Shown: positions 20,143 through 30,400 of the stretch, in pieces | Numbering within the stretch: position 1 is the stretch's first letter | How the letters are laid out: each line of letters begins with the position of its first letter | From: Candidatus Latescibacterota bacterium | Lineage (GTDB): Bacteria; Latescibacterota; UBA2968 | Assembly (NCBI GenBank): GCA_965222605.1 | Contig: OZ244960.1 | Location: forward strand, 1,280,001 to 1,344,000 | Direction of reading: 5' to 3' | Length of the DNA: 64,000 nt | Position numbers and translations under genes: made by a program | Notes under the pieces: model-generated | Told to the model about the DNA's origin: nothing | What the model saw: the letters and a program-made list of their open reading frames with translations, nothing else | Databases searched by the model: none

Positions 20143-21333
20143 GTGGAACATCCGCTTTCCGTATCGGACGTCACACAAGCGGTCAAGCAAACCCTTGAGA
20201 TGCAATTTCCTCCCATGTGGATCGTCGGTGAGTTGACCTCCTTCTCTCAGCCCTCATCTGGACACCGGTATTTCACGCTCTCAGACCCGCACAGTCAATT
20301 GCGCTGTGTGATGTGGCGCTCGCGTTCCATAACCGGGTTTCGTCCCACAGCGGGGATGGCAGTGTTGGCTCAGGGGCAGTTGACGGTATATGAACGGCGG
20401 GGCGAATACCAGTTTAACGTGTCACAACTATTTCCCGCAGGGGTGGGACAACAGCTAATCGCCTATGAAAAACTGAAAAAAAAAATATCAGAAGAGGGGC
20501 TTTTTGACGAAGACCGAAAACGCCCTTTGCCCGAATACCCCAGAACAATAGGGGTTGTGACTTCGCAGACAGGCGCAGCTTTTCGAGATATTTTGGACGT
20601 GTTGAAGCGGCGGTTTCCCTCTGTTCGCATTGTTTTGCGTCCCGCCCTGGTGCAGGGATTGGACGCGCCAGAAGATATTGCACAAGGCATTGCCGAACTC
20701 AATGACTTTGGCGAAGTAGATATACTGATTGTTGGACGCGGCGGCGGCTCCGCTGAAGATTTGGCGGCATTTAATGACGAGACAGTGGTGCGGGCAATCG
20801 CGGATTCTGTAATCCCAGTTATTTCAGCCGTAGGACACGAGATCGACATTTCCCTATCGGATCTAACGGCTGACGTGCGCGCACCAACCCCTTCTGCTGC
20901 TGCAGAAATTGCCGTACGCGATGTTTTAGAGGTGCGCGAACAAGTCGGGCGGCTCACACTTCGCACACGGGAGGCCATGCAGCGGTTGTTAGACGAAAAT
21001 AAAGACCTGCTGGAAGCGTACGAAGGTAGTTATAGCATGCGGCGGTTGTCCGATTTGATCTTTCAGAATGCGCAACACGTCGATGAATTACACCGCGATT
21101 TATACGCGCTTCTGAGGCGACTATTTGAAAGCCGATTGGCCGACTATCACCGCATGACCGGCAAATTGGGATCGCTCAGCCCCCTATCGGTGCTCGAGCG
21201 AGGATTTGGCCTCGTACAACGCGAAGACGGTTCGGTCGTATCTGATGCAGGGGGTTTGACACCCCGTGAACATCTGCACATTCGATTTGCAAAAGGCGAG
21301 GCAACCTGTCGAGTAGAAAAAATAAAAAGGTAA
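20143..21333 (+). CDS. xseA: Exodeoxyribonuclease VII large subunit
   Basis: SGH.YF.L.D, RGGGS.EDL..FN, SAVGHE.D, PTPSAAAE. Confidence 0.96.
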   Translation: MEHPLSVSDVTQAVKQTLEMQFPPMWIVGELTSFSQPSSGHRYFTLSDPHSQLRCVMWRSRSITGFRPTAGMAVLAQGQLTVYERRGEYQFNVSQLFPAGVGQQLIAYEKLKKKISEEGLFDEDRKRPLPEYPRTIGVVTSQTGAAFRDILDVLKRRFPSVRIVLRPALVQGLDAPEDIAQGIAELNDFGEVDILIVGRGGGSAEDLAAFNDETVVRAIADSVIPVISAVGHEIDISLSDLTADVRAPTPSAAAEIAVRDVLEVREQVGRLTLRTREAMQRLLDENKDLLEAYEGSYSMRRLSDLIFQNAQHVDELHRDLYALLRRLFESRLADYHRMTGKLGSLSPLSVLERGFGLVQREDGSVVSDAGGLTPREHLHIRFAKGEATCRVEKIKR

Positions 21334-21338
21334 AATGA

Positions 21339-21596
21339 ATGCCAAAAAAAAAGACAGAAGAACCTACATTTGAAGCAGCTTTGAAGCAATTGGAGATAGC
21401 TGTGGATCGTTTAGAGGAAGGTGCACTACCCTTGTCAGAGGCACTAAAAATTTTTGAAGAAGGTCTAAAAGCATCCAATCAATGCCGCAGTTTATTAGAA
21501 AATGCGCGGCAACAGATTGAAGTGCTCGTGCGCGACAGCGATGGTGAATTTGAATTGGTATCCATAGATTCCAATAAAGGGTTTGCAGACGAATGA
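21339..21596 (+). CDS. xseB: Exodeoxyribonuclease VII small subunit
   Basis: FEAALKQLE..V..LE.G.L.L.EAL..FEEG. Confidence 0.93.
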   Translation: MPKKKTEEPTFEAALKQLEIAVDRLEEGALPLSEALKIFEEGLKASNQCRSLLENARQQIEVLVRDSDGEFELVSIDSNKGFADE

Positions 21597-22453
21597 AGTC
21601 CATCGGTTTGTTTTCGAACCCGACCCAACCGGGCATGGGCGTTGCGGTTGATCAATTGGCCCAGCGCATCCATCAAAAAGGCATTGAGGTGCTGATCGCC
21701 GATAACCTGCGAAAAATTTGCACCTCTGATTCCAATTGGTTTTGTCCGGTCGATCAGTTGCCCACACGCGCTGATATCATTGTGGCGATGGGCGGCGATG
21801 GCACCTTGTTGCGGGCAGCCGATGTCGTTTATCCGCACAGTACGCCAATTTTGGGCGTGAATCTGGGGCGGTTGGGGTTTTTGTCGGGCGCTGAACCCCG
21901 CGAATTAGACGATGGTCTGGATCGGTTGTTGTGTGGCGATTATACCGTTGAAGAGCGGATTGCACTACACGCAAAAACCCGTACGCAAAAAGCGTTCGCG
22001 CTCAATGAAGTCGTAATCGAACGCAGTGTCACGGCGCGTCTGGTCCAGGTCGTGATGCTGGTTGAAGGTCTGCCCGTAAGTTCTTTTTCTGGCAATGGGT
22101 TGATTCTGGCAACGCCGACGGGATCCACCGGTTACAGTTTGTCTTCGGGCGGCCCAATTGTTCATCCAAATTTGTCTGTGCTGGTCGCTACGCCTATATG
22201 CCCGCATTCGCTTTCTCTGCGTCCAATGGTGATGCCAGGCGAGCAGTCGGTAACAGTTAAGGTGATAGCCGACCAGTCTGATGAAATTATGTTATCCACA
22301 GATGGACGCACTGTGTGTTCGCTTTCGGTTGAAGAACCCGTTACAGTGCAGCGGGCATCTGCGCCAGTGCGCTTTATCAATATGCAGGGGTTGACTTTTT
22401 ACGATTTGTTGCAGCGCAAATTAGACTGGGGCCTGGATTGGCGAGATGAGTGA
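21593..22453 (+). CDS. nadK: NAD kinase
   Basis: GGDGT, N.GRLGFL, ALNE, ATPTGSTGYSLSSGGP. Confidence 0.95.
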   Translation: MKSIGLFSNPTQPGMGVAVDQLAQRIHQKGIEVLIADNLRKICTSDSNWFCPVDQLPTRADIIVAMGGDGTLLRAADVVYPHSTPILGVNLGRLGFLSGAEPRELDDGLDRLLCGDYTVEERIALHAKTRTQKAFALNEVVIERSVTARLVQVVMLVEGLPVSSFSGNGLILATPTGSTGYSLSSGGPIVHPNLSVLVATPICPHSLSLRPMVMPGEQSVTVKVIADQSDEIMLSTDGRTVCSLSVEEPVTVQRASAPVRFINMQGLTFYDLLQRKLDWGLDWRDE

Positions 22454-22465
22454 AGGAGTCGTGCC

Positions 22466-24169
22466 TTGTTGTGTCAATTGCATGTGATAAATTACGCCCT
22501 GATCGACGACATGGAAGTCGCGTTTGGCAAAGGGTTAAACATCATTACCGGTGAAACCGGCGCAGGGAAGTCCATTCTGGTCGGGGCATTGGGTCTAATG
22601 CTGGGTATGCGGGCGAGTCCCGACGTGATCCGCACAGGCGAAAAAAAATGCACGGTAGAAGCCATTTTTGAACTCTATCTTCAACACCCAGCACTCAAAC
22701 TCCTGAATGACATGGGCATTGAGACAGAAGATGGTGAGCTGATTTTGCGGCGGGATGTACTATTAGAAGGGCGCAGTCGGTGCTATGCCAATGGCCTGTC
22801 CATCCCCGTGCGTGTACTTCGAGAATTGGGCCGCGCGTTGGTCGATTTGCACGGTCAACACGACCATCAATCGCTTCTGAATATCGATCAGCATCTGGAC
22901 TTTTTAGACGGCTTTGGCGGCTTGCAAACAGCACGCGCACAGGTCGAAAAATCATATCATCAGGTGGTGCGGCTGCAAAACCGGCTGATCGAAAAAACTG
23001 CCGTTGCCCAGCGTCAGCGAGAAAGGCGCGAACTGTTGGACTTTCAGATCAAAGAAATCCATGCGGCAAAACCGGAGCCTGGCGAAGACGAACGCCTACA
23101 ACGCGAACAGTCCATGCTTTTGCATGCAGAACGGCTACTCGAGATCGCCTATCAGATCGAACAGGTGCTTTATGAAGGCGAACAATCGGTGGCCGATCAA
23201 CTCGGCGAAGGCGCACACCTCTTAGATGAGGCCGCACAAATGGACAGCAGTTTGGCGCCGATAGCCGAAGAACTCAATGGTCTGCGGTATGGGGCAGAGG
23301 AACTGGCTCGAGCCTTTGGCGATTATGCCAATCGCGTAGAACACAATCCTCAACGCCTATCAGAAGTAACAGAGCGATTAGAAACGCTGAACGCGCTGAA
23401 AAAAAAATACGGCGGCGATTTAGAAAGTGTGCTGTCTTATGAAAAAAAAGCCCAAAAAGAATTGGAACTAACCGACGAACTCGAAGCATCTCTCAAGAAA
23501 ATTCAGATTAAAATTGACGATGCGATGCAGACGTTCGCGCTCGATTGTGAGAAATTGTCAAGAGGAAGGCAAAAAGCCGCTGGCAAATTGTCAAAAGCGA
23601 TATGCCGCACATTGCGCGAACTGGGCATGCCCGATGTGCAATTTGACGTTCAACTGGATCGGCGCCCAGACCCCGAAGGCTTGATTGAATGCGATGGGCA
23701 GCGATTTGAAGCGGGACCTCGGGGCATAGAGCGCGGCGAATTTTTTATTTCGACCAACCCGGGCGAAGCCATCCGCCCGCTGGTAAAAGTGGCATCGGGC
23801 GGTGAAATTTCGCGTATTATGCTCGCGATGAAAACCGTGCTGGCGCATACAGATTCGGTGCAGGTGTTAATTTTTGACGAAATCGACATCGGAATTTCCG
23901 GGCGTATTGCAGAGGTCGTGGGCAAGAAATTGCGCGACCTATCAGAAACGTATCAAACCATTTCAATTACGCATTTACCACAAATTGCAAAAATGGCTGA
24001 CCGGCATTTTTCAGTCAGAAAAGAAGTGGTTGAGCAACGTGCAGTAACCCGGGTGATCCCACTGGATGAAGAGGCACGCGCCGGCGAACTCGCTTTGATG
24101 ATGGGCGGCGAAGAGATTTCAGAACTGACCATGCAACACGCCCGCGAGATGCTGGCGGAAAAGCCGTAG
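22466..24169 (+). CDS. recN: DNA repair protein RecN
   Basis: TGETGAGKS, HGQHD, ASGGE.SR, FDEID.G, ITHLPQ. Confidence 0.96.
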   Translation: MLCQLHVINYALIDDMEVAFGKGLNIITGETGAGKSILVGALGLMLGMRASPDVIRTGEKKCTVEAIFELYLQHPALKLLNDMGIETEDGELILRRDVLLEGRSRCYANGLSIPVRVLRELGRALVDLHGQHDHQSLLNIDQHLDFLDGFGGLQTARAQVEKSYHQVVRLQNRLIEKTAVAQRQRERRELLDFQIKEIHAAKPEPGEDERLQREQSMLLHAERLLEIAYQIEQVLYEGEQSVADQLGEGAHLLDEAAQMDSSLAPIAEELNGLRYGAEELARAFGDYANRVEHNPQRLSEVTERLETLNALKKKYGGDLESVLSYEKKAQKELELTDELEASLKKIQIKIDDAMQTFALDCEKLSRGRQKAAGKLSKAICRTLRELGMPDVQFDVQLDRRPDPEGLIECDGQRFEAGPRGIERGEFFISTNPGEAIRPLVKVASGGEISRIMLAMKTVLAHTDSVQVLIFDEIDIGISGRIAEVVGKKLRDLSETYQTISITHLPQIAKMADRHFSVRKEVVEQRAVTRVIPLDEEARAGELALMMGGEEISELTMQHAREMLAEKP

Positions 24170-24189
24170 AACAGTATAAGGAGCATAGT

Positions 24190-25338
24190 GTGAGACCGAT
24201 AATTCCCAACGATCTCCGAGACATCGAAGAAAAAGTAAACCTGGGGCAACGGCTTTCTGCCGAAGATGGCATGCGGCTGTACGAGACGCCCGATCTCAAT
24301 GCCGTGGGGTATTTGGCCAATATCTCGCGCGAACGCCTGTGTGGCAATGTGGCGTGGTACGTGCGAAATCAGCACATTAACTATACCAATGTGTGCAACA
24401 AGCTGTGCCGATTTTGCTCCTTTTATGTCAAGCCAAAAGACGATCGGGGCTATGTATTATCCCCCGAAGATATTCAAAAGCGCGTATTGGAATACATCGA
24501 CCTGCCCATTTCTGAAATCCACATGGTCGCGGGTATCAATCCCAAACTTCCCTATTCGTATTATCTCGATATCGTGCGCGCAGTCAAAGACGTGCGTCCC
24601 GATGTGGCGGTAAAAGCATTTACCGCAATTGAATGGGTGCAAATTGCGCGTATCGCAAAAAAGCCATTGAAGGATGTCATGATCGAATTAAAAGCGGCCG
24701 GCGTATCGTCCATTCCCGGCGGGGGCGCAGAAGTATTTAGCGATCGCGTACAGGAAGATTTATTCTGGACCAAAGCGGACTCCGAAGAGTGGCTCGAGAT
24801 AGCGCGCACGGCGCATGAAGTCGGCCTGCCTACCAATGCGACAATGCTATATGGGCATATTGAAAACCCGCGAGAACGCATCGATCATCTCGTGCGATTG
24901 CGCGAATTACAAGATGAGACCGGCGGTTTTTTGACGTATATTCCCCTATCATTTCATCCCGAGCGCACCGAATTAGAGCATTTGTCCGGCCCGACAGGCA
25001 TCGCGGATTTGAGAGAAATTGCCGTGGGGCGATTGATGCTGGACAATTTCCTCCACATCAAAACGTTCTGGATTATGAATACCATTGAAATTTCACAGGT
25101 AGCTTTGTGGTATGGCGCAGACGATATCGACGGCACAATTCAGGAATATGAAATTACGCGCCGTTCATATTCAGAGACGCGACAGGTGCTCACGCGCAAG
25201 CAACTCGTAGAGCGCGTTATAGAAGCCGGACGCGATCCCGTCGAACGGGATAATTTATACAATATTTTATCGGCCGAGCGAGAGATTGTCGAAGAAACAC
25301 CCATCGGAATCCCAGGTGAAATACCAGTGATTTCGTAA
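24190..25338 (+). CDS. mqnE: Aminofutalosine synthase (radical SAM, futalosine pathway)
   Basis: NYTNVCNKLCRFCSF, KAFTAIE, PGGGAEVF, NATMLYGHIE, LQDETGGF, HIK.FW, GADDIDGT. Confidence 0.85.
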   Translation: MRPIIPNDLRDIEEKVNLGQRLSAEDGMRLYETPDLNAVGYLANISRERLCGNVAWYVRNQHINYTNVCNKLCRFCSFYVKPKDDRGYVLSPEDIQKRVLEYIDLPISEIHMVAGINPKLPYSYYLDIVRAVKDVRPDVAVKAFTAIEWVQIARIAKKPLKDVMIELKAAGVSSIPGGGAEVFSDRVQEDLFWTKADSEEWLEIARTAHEVGLPTNATMLYGHIENPRERIDHLVRLRELQDETGGFLTYIPLSFHPERTELEHLSGPTGIADLREIAVGRLMLDNFLHIKTFWIMNTIEISQVALWYGADDIDGTIQEYEITRRSYSETRQVLTRKQLVERVIEAGRDPVERDNLYNILSAEREIVEETPIGIPGEIPVIS

Positions 25339-25378
25339 AACGCCCCTCTCCCATGGCATTATTTTAGCGAGGTGTGTG

Positions 25379-25966
25379 ATGGCAACAGACATTGTGATTC
25401 CCCAAAAAGAGCGATGGACCTATGAAGACTATCTCCATCTCATCCCGCCAGATAGTTTTGGATTTGAAGTTTTGAGAGGAGAACTGGTCGTGTCACCTTC
25501 GCCAAACCGAAAACATCAGCGAACTGTTCTGAGCCTTGGCAGGATTCTCGATGTACATGTCAATACGCAGAATTTGGGCGAAATATTCGTCGCACCTTTT
25601 GATGTTGTATTAGATGCCGATTCCTCCGTATCCGAAAATATAGTACAGCCGGATTTGATGTTTGTCTCAAAAGATCGCCTGAATATAATCACAGATGATA
25701 ATATTCGGGGCGCACCCGATCTGGTTATCGAAGTACTTTCCGATTCGACTGCGCGTTACGACCGGGTGGGAAAGATGCGTACATACACCGAATTTGGCGT
25801 GAAGGAATACTGGATTATTGATGCAGACCAAAAAACGTTAGAGGCTTTCGGCTTAACGGGCGACGAGCCTGTTCTTCAAGCGACTCTGGCTGAATCCGAT
25901 GTGTTTGAGCCGAGGTTATTTCCGGGATTGGCAATCGCGCTTTCTGAACTCTGGTATCCTGAGTAA
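25379..25966 (+). CDS. Uma2 (DUF820) family endonuclease-fold protein, copy 1
   Basis: WTYEDY, E...GE...PSP..KHQ, QPD, PDLVIEVLS, D...K...Y..FGV.EYWI.D. Confidence 0.9.
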   Translation: MATDIVIPQKERWTYEDYLHLIPPDSFGFEVLRGELVVSPSPNRKHQRTVLSLGRILDVHVNTQNLGEIFVAPFDVVLDADSSVSENIVQPDLMFVSKDRLNIITDDNIRGAPDLVIEVLSDSTARYDRVGKMRTYTEFGVKEYWIIDADQKTLEAFGLTGDEPVLQATLAESDVFEPRLFPGLAIALSELWYPE

Positions 25967-26039
25967 GCGGAAAAGTGGGAAGATTGGAAAGTGAAGATGA
26001 CAACCCATCTGGATGATACGGAAACCCATGAGGTGTGTG

Positions 26040-26624
26040 ATGGCAACAGACATTGTAATTCCCCAAAAAGAGCGATGGACTTATGAAGACTATCTTCATC
26101 TCACTCCGCCAGACAATTTTGGATTTGAAATTTTGAGAGGAGAATTAGCAGTGGCTCCCGCACCGGTACCGAGACATCAATGGGCTTGTGATGAACTAAC
26201 GAGTTTGGTGCGTATATTTGTGAAACAGAACGACCTCGGGCGGGTTTTTAGTTCGCCAATAGATGTTATTCTGGGAGGACAGACAGAGGCAGAAAACGTC
26301 GTTCAACCGGATATCCTGTTCGTAGCCAAAGATCGCCTGGATATTATCACTGAAACCAATATTCTCGGCGTACCCGATTTGATGATTGAAGTTTTGTCTG
26401 CTTCAAGTATCCAACGGGATCGGGTCGATAAAATGAAAATATATGCCGAATTTGGCGTGAAGGAATATTGGATTATCGATGCAGATGAAAAAACGTTAGA
26501 GGCTTTTGACTTAACGGGCGACGAGCCTGTTCTACAAGCGACCCTGGCCGAGTCTGATGTGTTTAAACCAAAATTGTTTCCAGGATTAGAAATCTCACTC
26601 TCTGAACTCTGGTATCCCGAATGA
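26040..26624 (+). CDS. Uma2 (DUF820) family endonuclease-fold protein, copy 2
   Basis: Same motifs as copy 1; termini nearly identical to it. Confidence 0.9.
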   Translation: MATDIVIPQKERWTYEDYLHLTPPDNFGFEILRGELAVAPAPVPRHQWACDELTSLVRIFVKQNDLGRVFSSPIDVILGGQTEAENVVQPDILFVAKDRLDIITETNILGVPDLMIEVLSASSIQRDRVDKMKIYAEFGVKEYWIIDADEKTLEAFDLTGDEPVLQATLAESDVFKPKLFPGLEISLSELWYPE

Positions 26625-26665
26625 TGGGCGGCCCTACGCTCTCACGTCTCACCTCTTACCGCCTT

Positions 26666-27778
26666 ATGGAAAACGACATGATCGACGACATTGTTGAAAA
26701 AGTATATAACGACGAGCGCATTTCCACAGATGACGCCACGCGCTTATTTGCACACCCCAATGTGACCGAATTGGGCTTGTTGGCCGATGTGGTGCGGCGG
26801 CGCAAATGGCCCAAAGACACGGTAACTTATAATATCGGGCGAAATATCAATTACACCAATGTGTGCTGGGTAAGATGCGATTTTTGTGCATTTTATCGCC
26901 CGCCGGGATCCGACGAAGGCTACATATTGCCCAGAGAACAGATCTTTGAAAAAATTGACGAACTCATTGCCGTGGGCGGCGACGTGCCAAAAGGCAGCGA
27001 GATTTTGATGCAAGGGGGCCTGAACCCAAAACTGCGCGTGGATTATTACGAAGACCTGTTTTCTTCGATACGCAATCGCTACCCCCAAATCCATCAGCAT
27101 TGTTTATCTGCCACAGAGATTATTTATATCGCGCATATCTCGCGTTTGTCACTCGAAAATTGCATTCGCCGCTTGCGCGATGCCGGGCTGGATTCTATCC
27201 CGGGAGCTGGCGCGGAAATTTTGTCGGACGAAGTGCGCGACATCATCGGTTTTCGCAAAGACCGCGTCCACGAATGGCTTGCGGTGCATCGCATTGCACA
27301 CGAATTGGACATGCACACATCGGCGACCATGATGTATGGACATGTCGAAACCATTGAACAGCGAATAGAACATCTGGAACACATTCGCAATTTGCAGGAT
27401 GAGGCGGGGGGATTCACCGCATTTATCGCGTGGAATTTTCAGCCGGATTACACGGCTCTTGCCAATGATCAGGGGCGATGGGATGGCGTGAAAGCCACCG
27501 GATTTGACTATTTGCGAACCATTGCCATCGCGCGCCTGTTTTTGGACAATATCAAAAGTTTTCAAGCCTCGTGGGTAACGCAGGGTGCCAAAGTCGCACA
27601 GGTCAGCTTAAAATACGGCGTAAACGATTTTGGCAGCACAATGATGGAGGAAAACGTGGTCAGCGCAGCGGGCACGAGCCATACGGATACTATGACACTC
27701 CAGGAGATGCAACGGCTCATTCGAGATGCGGGATACGAGCCTGTGAGGCGAAATACGCGGTACGAGATTTTGAATTAG
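26666..27778 (+). CDS. mqnC: Cyclic dehypoxanthinyl futalosine synthase (radical SAM)
   Basis: RNINYTNVCWVRCDFCAFYR, ILMQGG.NP, TMMYGHVET, FTAFIAW, QASWVTQG, NDFGSTMMEENVV. Confidence 0.9.
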   Translation: MENDMIDDIVEKVYNDERISTDDATRLFAHPNVTELGLLADVVRRRKWPKDTVTYNIGRNINYTNVCWVRCDFCAFYRPPGSDEGYILPREQIFEKIDELIAVGGDVPKGSEILMQGGLNPKLRVDYYEDLFSSIRNRYPQIHQHCLSATEIIYIAHISRLSLENCIRRLRDAGLDSIPGAGAEILSDEVRDIIGFRKDRVHEWLAVHRIAHELDMHTSATMMYGHVETIEQRIEHLEHIRNLQDEAGGFTAFIAWNFQPDYTALANDQGRWDGVKATGFDYLRTIAIARLFLDNIKSFQASWVTQGAKVAQVSLKYGVNDFGSTMMEENVVSAAGTSHTDTMTLQEMQRLIRDAGYEPVRRNTRYEILN

Positions 27779-27790
27779 GGGTGTGTAACG

Positions 27791-28582
27791 ATGCGTGTGC
27801 GTTTGGGCGTGGTGTCATACTTAAACACGCGGCCACTGGTTGAGGTACTGCGCACGGGTGCGATTGGTCGCGATTTTGAACTGATCTACGATGTGCCCTC
27901 GCGATGCGCCGAACGGTTGCACATGGGTGAAACCGATGTGGCGTTGATCCCCGCTGTAGAAATTGGACGCGGACAAGACCCCTACCGGATTGTACCCAAT
28001 GTCGGCATTATTTCAAACGGGCCAGTTGGCAGTGTATTTATCGCACTAAACAAAGAACCCGAAGAAATTCAAACACTGGCTCTGGATCGCGGATCGCGCA
28101 CATCAGTCGTGCTGGCGCAGATCATCCTGGCGCGGCAATTTGGCTGTCGGCCAGAGGTATTTTTTCATCCCCCAGATATAGACGCAATGCTCAAATGCGC
28201 CGATGCCGCCTTACTGATAGGCGATCCCGCGCTGGCATTGCAACGCTATCGAATCCTGGACCTGGGCGAAATTTGGACGCAAATGACCGGGTTGCCTTTT
28301 GTCTATGCCTGCTGGACCGGGCGCCCCGATGCATTGACGCCATATCATATTGCCAAACTGATTGAAGCCAGGGAAAAAGGTAAGCCGCTTATTCCCAAAA
28401 TCGCAAAGGACTATGCCGCTGAAACCCGCACCCTATCGCCCGCTTTTTATGCCGAATATCTAACCAAAAATATCCTCTACGATTTGGGCGATGCAGAACT
28501 GGAAGGCTTGAGGCGATTCTATGCTTATGGTGTAGAACTGGGATTGTTGGACGCAGTGCCAGATATCCGCTTCTATGTTTAA
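27791..28582 (+). CDS. mqnA: Chorismate dehydratase
   Basis: VSYLNTRPL, SRTSVVL, LLIGD.AL, DLGE.W...TGLPFVYA.W. Confidence 0.92.
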   Translation: MRVRLGVVSYLNTRPLVEVLRTGAIGRDFELIYDVPSRCAERLHMGETDVALIPAVEIGRGQDPYRIVPNVGIISNGPVGSVFIALNKEPEEIQTLALDRGSRTSVVLAQIILARQFGCRPEVFFHPPDIDAMLKCADAALLIGDPALALQRYRILDLGEIWTQMTGLPFVYACWTGRPDALTPYHIAKLIEAREKGKPLIPKIAKDYAAETRTLSPAFYAEYLTKNILYDLGDAELEGLRRFYAYGVELGLLDAVPDIRFYV

Positions 28583-28586
28583 ATCT

Positions 28587-28615
28587 AAAAAAATCGGCCT
28601 ATTGCCGATTTTTTT
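28587..28615 (+). terminator. Intrinsic (possibly bidirectional) terminator after mqnA
   Basis: AAAAAAATCGGC-CTATT-GCCGATTTTTTT. Confidence 0.75.
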
Positions 28616-28634
28616 ATCCTCTGGAGAACTTGTG

Positions 28635-29888
28635 ATGCCCAAAAAAAACAAACCACACAAACCGATTCGCGTGGGAGTCGTCGGCGTTGGGCGCGGGCGA
28701 TCATTTATGCGGACGCCAACGGGGATGGAACTGGTTGCAATTTGCGATACCTGGGAAGAGCGATTAGAACCCGAAGGCAAAGCACTCGGTGTATCGACTT
28801 ATGTGGATTACCAGGCATTTTTGGAACACGATATGGATGCGGTAGTACTCGCCAATTATTTTCACGAACACGCGCCCTTTGCCGTTAAAGCACTGAACGC
28901 CGGGAAACACGTCATGAGCGAAACCGCTGCCTGCCATACATTGGGCGAAGGCGTCGCACTTGCGCGGGCCGTAGAGCGCAGTGGCAAAATTTATATGTTT
29001 GCCGAAAATTATCCCTGTACGGCGTATAATCAGGAAATGAAGCGGCTCTACCAAAAAGGACATGTGGGGGAATTTAAATACGGAGAGGGCGAATACGTGC
29101 ATCCCGATCCGCCAGAAGTGAAATTGGGGCGCAGTTGTGGGCGCAATCACTGGCGCAACTGGATTCCCTCGACCTATTATTGCACGCATTCGATTGCACC
29201 GGTAATGTACATTACCGATACGCGTCCGGTGAAAGTGAACGGATTTGTTATCCCCTACGATTTTGGCGATATGACCAAAACCCTGCACATGAACCGCGCG
29301 GATACAGCAGGCGTGATCATCTGTCGAATGGACAATGACGCCGTCATGAAATCCCTGCACGGCGCGTTGCGCGGGCACGGCAATTACGTCAGAATCCACG
29401 GCAACAAAGGCGTGATGGAAAACTGTCGAAACGGCGATAAATATCGGCTGCGTATATGGAGAGAACCGTGGGAAAAGCGAAAAGAGGAACCGGTAGAAAC
29501 CGTTTACAGACCGGATTTCCCAGTGCATCACGATCGCGCAACACAAGCCGGGCATGGCGGCGGCGATTTTTTTACGAGTTACCATTTCGCCGAAGCGATT
29601 CGCACGGGTGAGCAACCCTACCTCGATGTGTATCGCGGCATCGATATGAGTATCGCGGGGATTCAAGCGTGGCGGTCGGCACTCAGTGATTCAGCACCGA
29701 TGGAAGTACCCGATTTTCGCGACGAGTCCATAAGAAAAAAATACGAACGAGATGATTGGTCGCCCGATCCCGCTCGCAAAAAGTCGGGACAACCGCCGAG
29801 CAGTATTCTGGGTGATATCGAACCATCTGATGGCGCCAAAGCACTGGCAAAAAAAGTTTGGGCAAGCCGGGGATACTTTGGAAAATGA
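28635..29888 (+). CDS. Gfo/Idh/MocA-family oxidoreductase
   Basis: VGVVGVGRG, GKHVMSE, AENY, EGEYVH, YYCTHS, GHGGGDF. Start placed after the terminator. Confidence 0.87.
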   Translation: MPKKNKPHKPIRVGVVGVGRGRSFMRTPTGMELVAICDTWEERLEPEGKALGVSTYVDYQAFLEHDMDAVVLANYFHEHAPFAVKALNAGKHVMSETAACHTLGEGVALARAVERSGKIYMFAENYPCTAYNQEMKRLYQKGHVGEFKYGEGEYVHPDPPEVKLGRSCGRNHWRNWIPSTYYCTHSIAPVMYITDTRPVKVNGFVIPYDFGDMTKTLHMNRADTAGVIICRMDNDAVMKSLHGALRGHGNYVRIHGNKGVMENCRNGDKYRLRIWREPWEKRKEEPVETVYRPDFPVHHDRATQAGHGGGDFFTSYHFAEAIRTGEQPYLDVYRGIDMSIAGIQAWRSALSDSAPMEVPDFRDESIRKKYERDDWSPDPARKKSGQPPSSILGDIEPSDGAKALAKKVWASRGYFGK

Positions 29889-29898
29889 GGATCTGGTC

Positions 29899-30336
29899 AT
29901 GATTGAAATAGCACAAGTGGTACTGGCGATTTACGGCATATTGTTGATTGTGGGAGGCATCGTGGGAAAGATGAAATCCGAGAGTTCTGCCTCCCTATTC
30001 GCAGGCGCGATCTGCGGTATTGTTGCACTCGTTGGATTCTGGCAAAGCCTGAGCGATCCCGCTACTGGATTTTTGACCGGCGGATTGGTCGGATTGTTGC
30101 TCACAGGCATTTTTATGAGCCGATTTGTCCGCACGCGAAAATTTATGCCCGCGGGATTGGTGCTGTTACTCAGTATTCTGGTCGGTATTTTGACAATGAT
30201 GGCGAGACAGGAATATTTGCTCAATCAAGACAAACCAGCAGAGGAACTGACAGACAAAAAAGGGCCAGGAACAATGTCCCTGGCCCAACGTCTGAAGGGT
30301 CACAGCCTGAAAATCAGGCGCTCACCTCCGAGTTAA
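29899..30336 (+). CDS. TMEM14-family small membrane protein
   Basis: YGILLIVGGIVG....S.ASL.AG...RF.RTRKFMPAGL; four hydrophobic segments. Confidence 0.8.
   Translation: MIEIAQVVLAIYGILLIVGGIVGKMKSESSASLFAGAICGIVALVGFWQSLSDPATGFLTGGLVGLLLTGIFMSRFVRTRKFMPAGLVLLLSILVGILTMMARQEYLLNQDKPAEELTDKKGPGTMSLAQRLKGHSLKIRRSPPS
30256..30286 (-). terminator. Intrinsic terminator on the minus strand
   Basis: 8-10 bp GC stem followed by U6 on the minus strand. Confidence 0.75.
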
Positions 30337-30400
30337 AATGTTCCACATTAACCTCCTTTCGATATGCGCGACTCCGCTTCCGGAAAGCGTTTTGCGCGGT
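30256..30400 (-). ncRNA. Candidate ~145-nt structured small RNA or small-peptide mRNA
   Basis: Extended -10 TGATATATT (30416-30408), internal hairpins, SD AAGGAGG with a micro-ORF, terminator GGGCCAGG...CCTGGCCC-TTTTTT. Confidence 0.5.
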
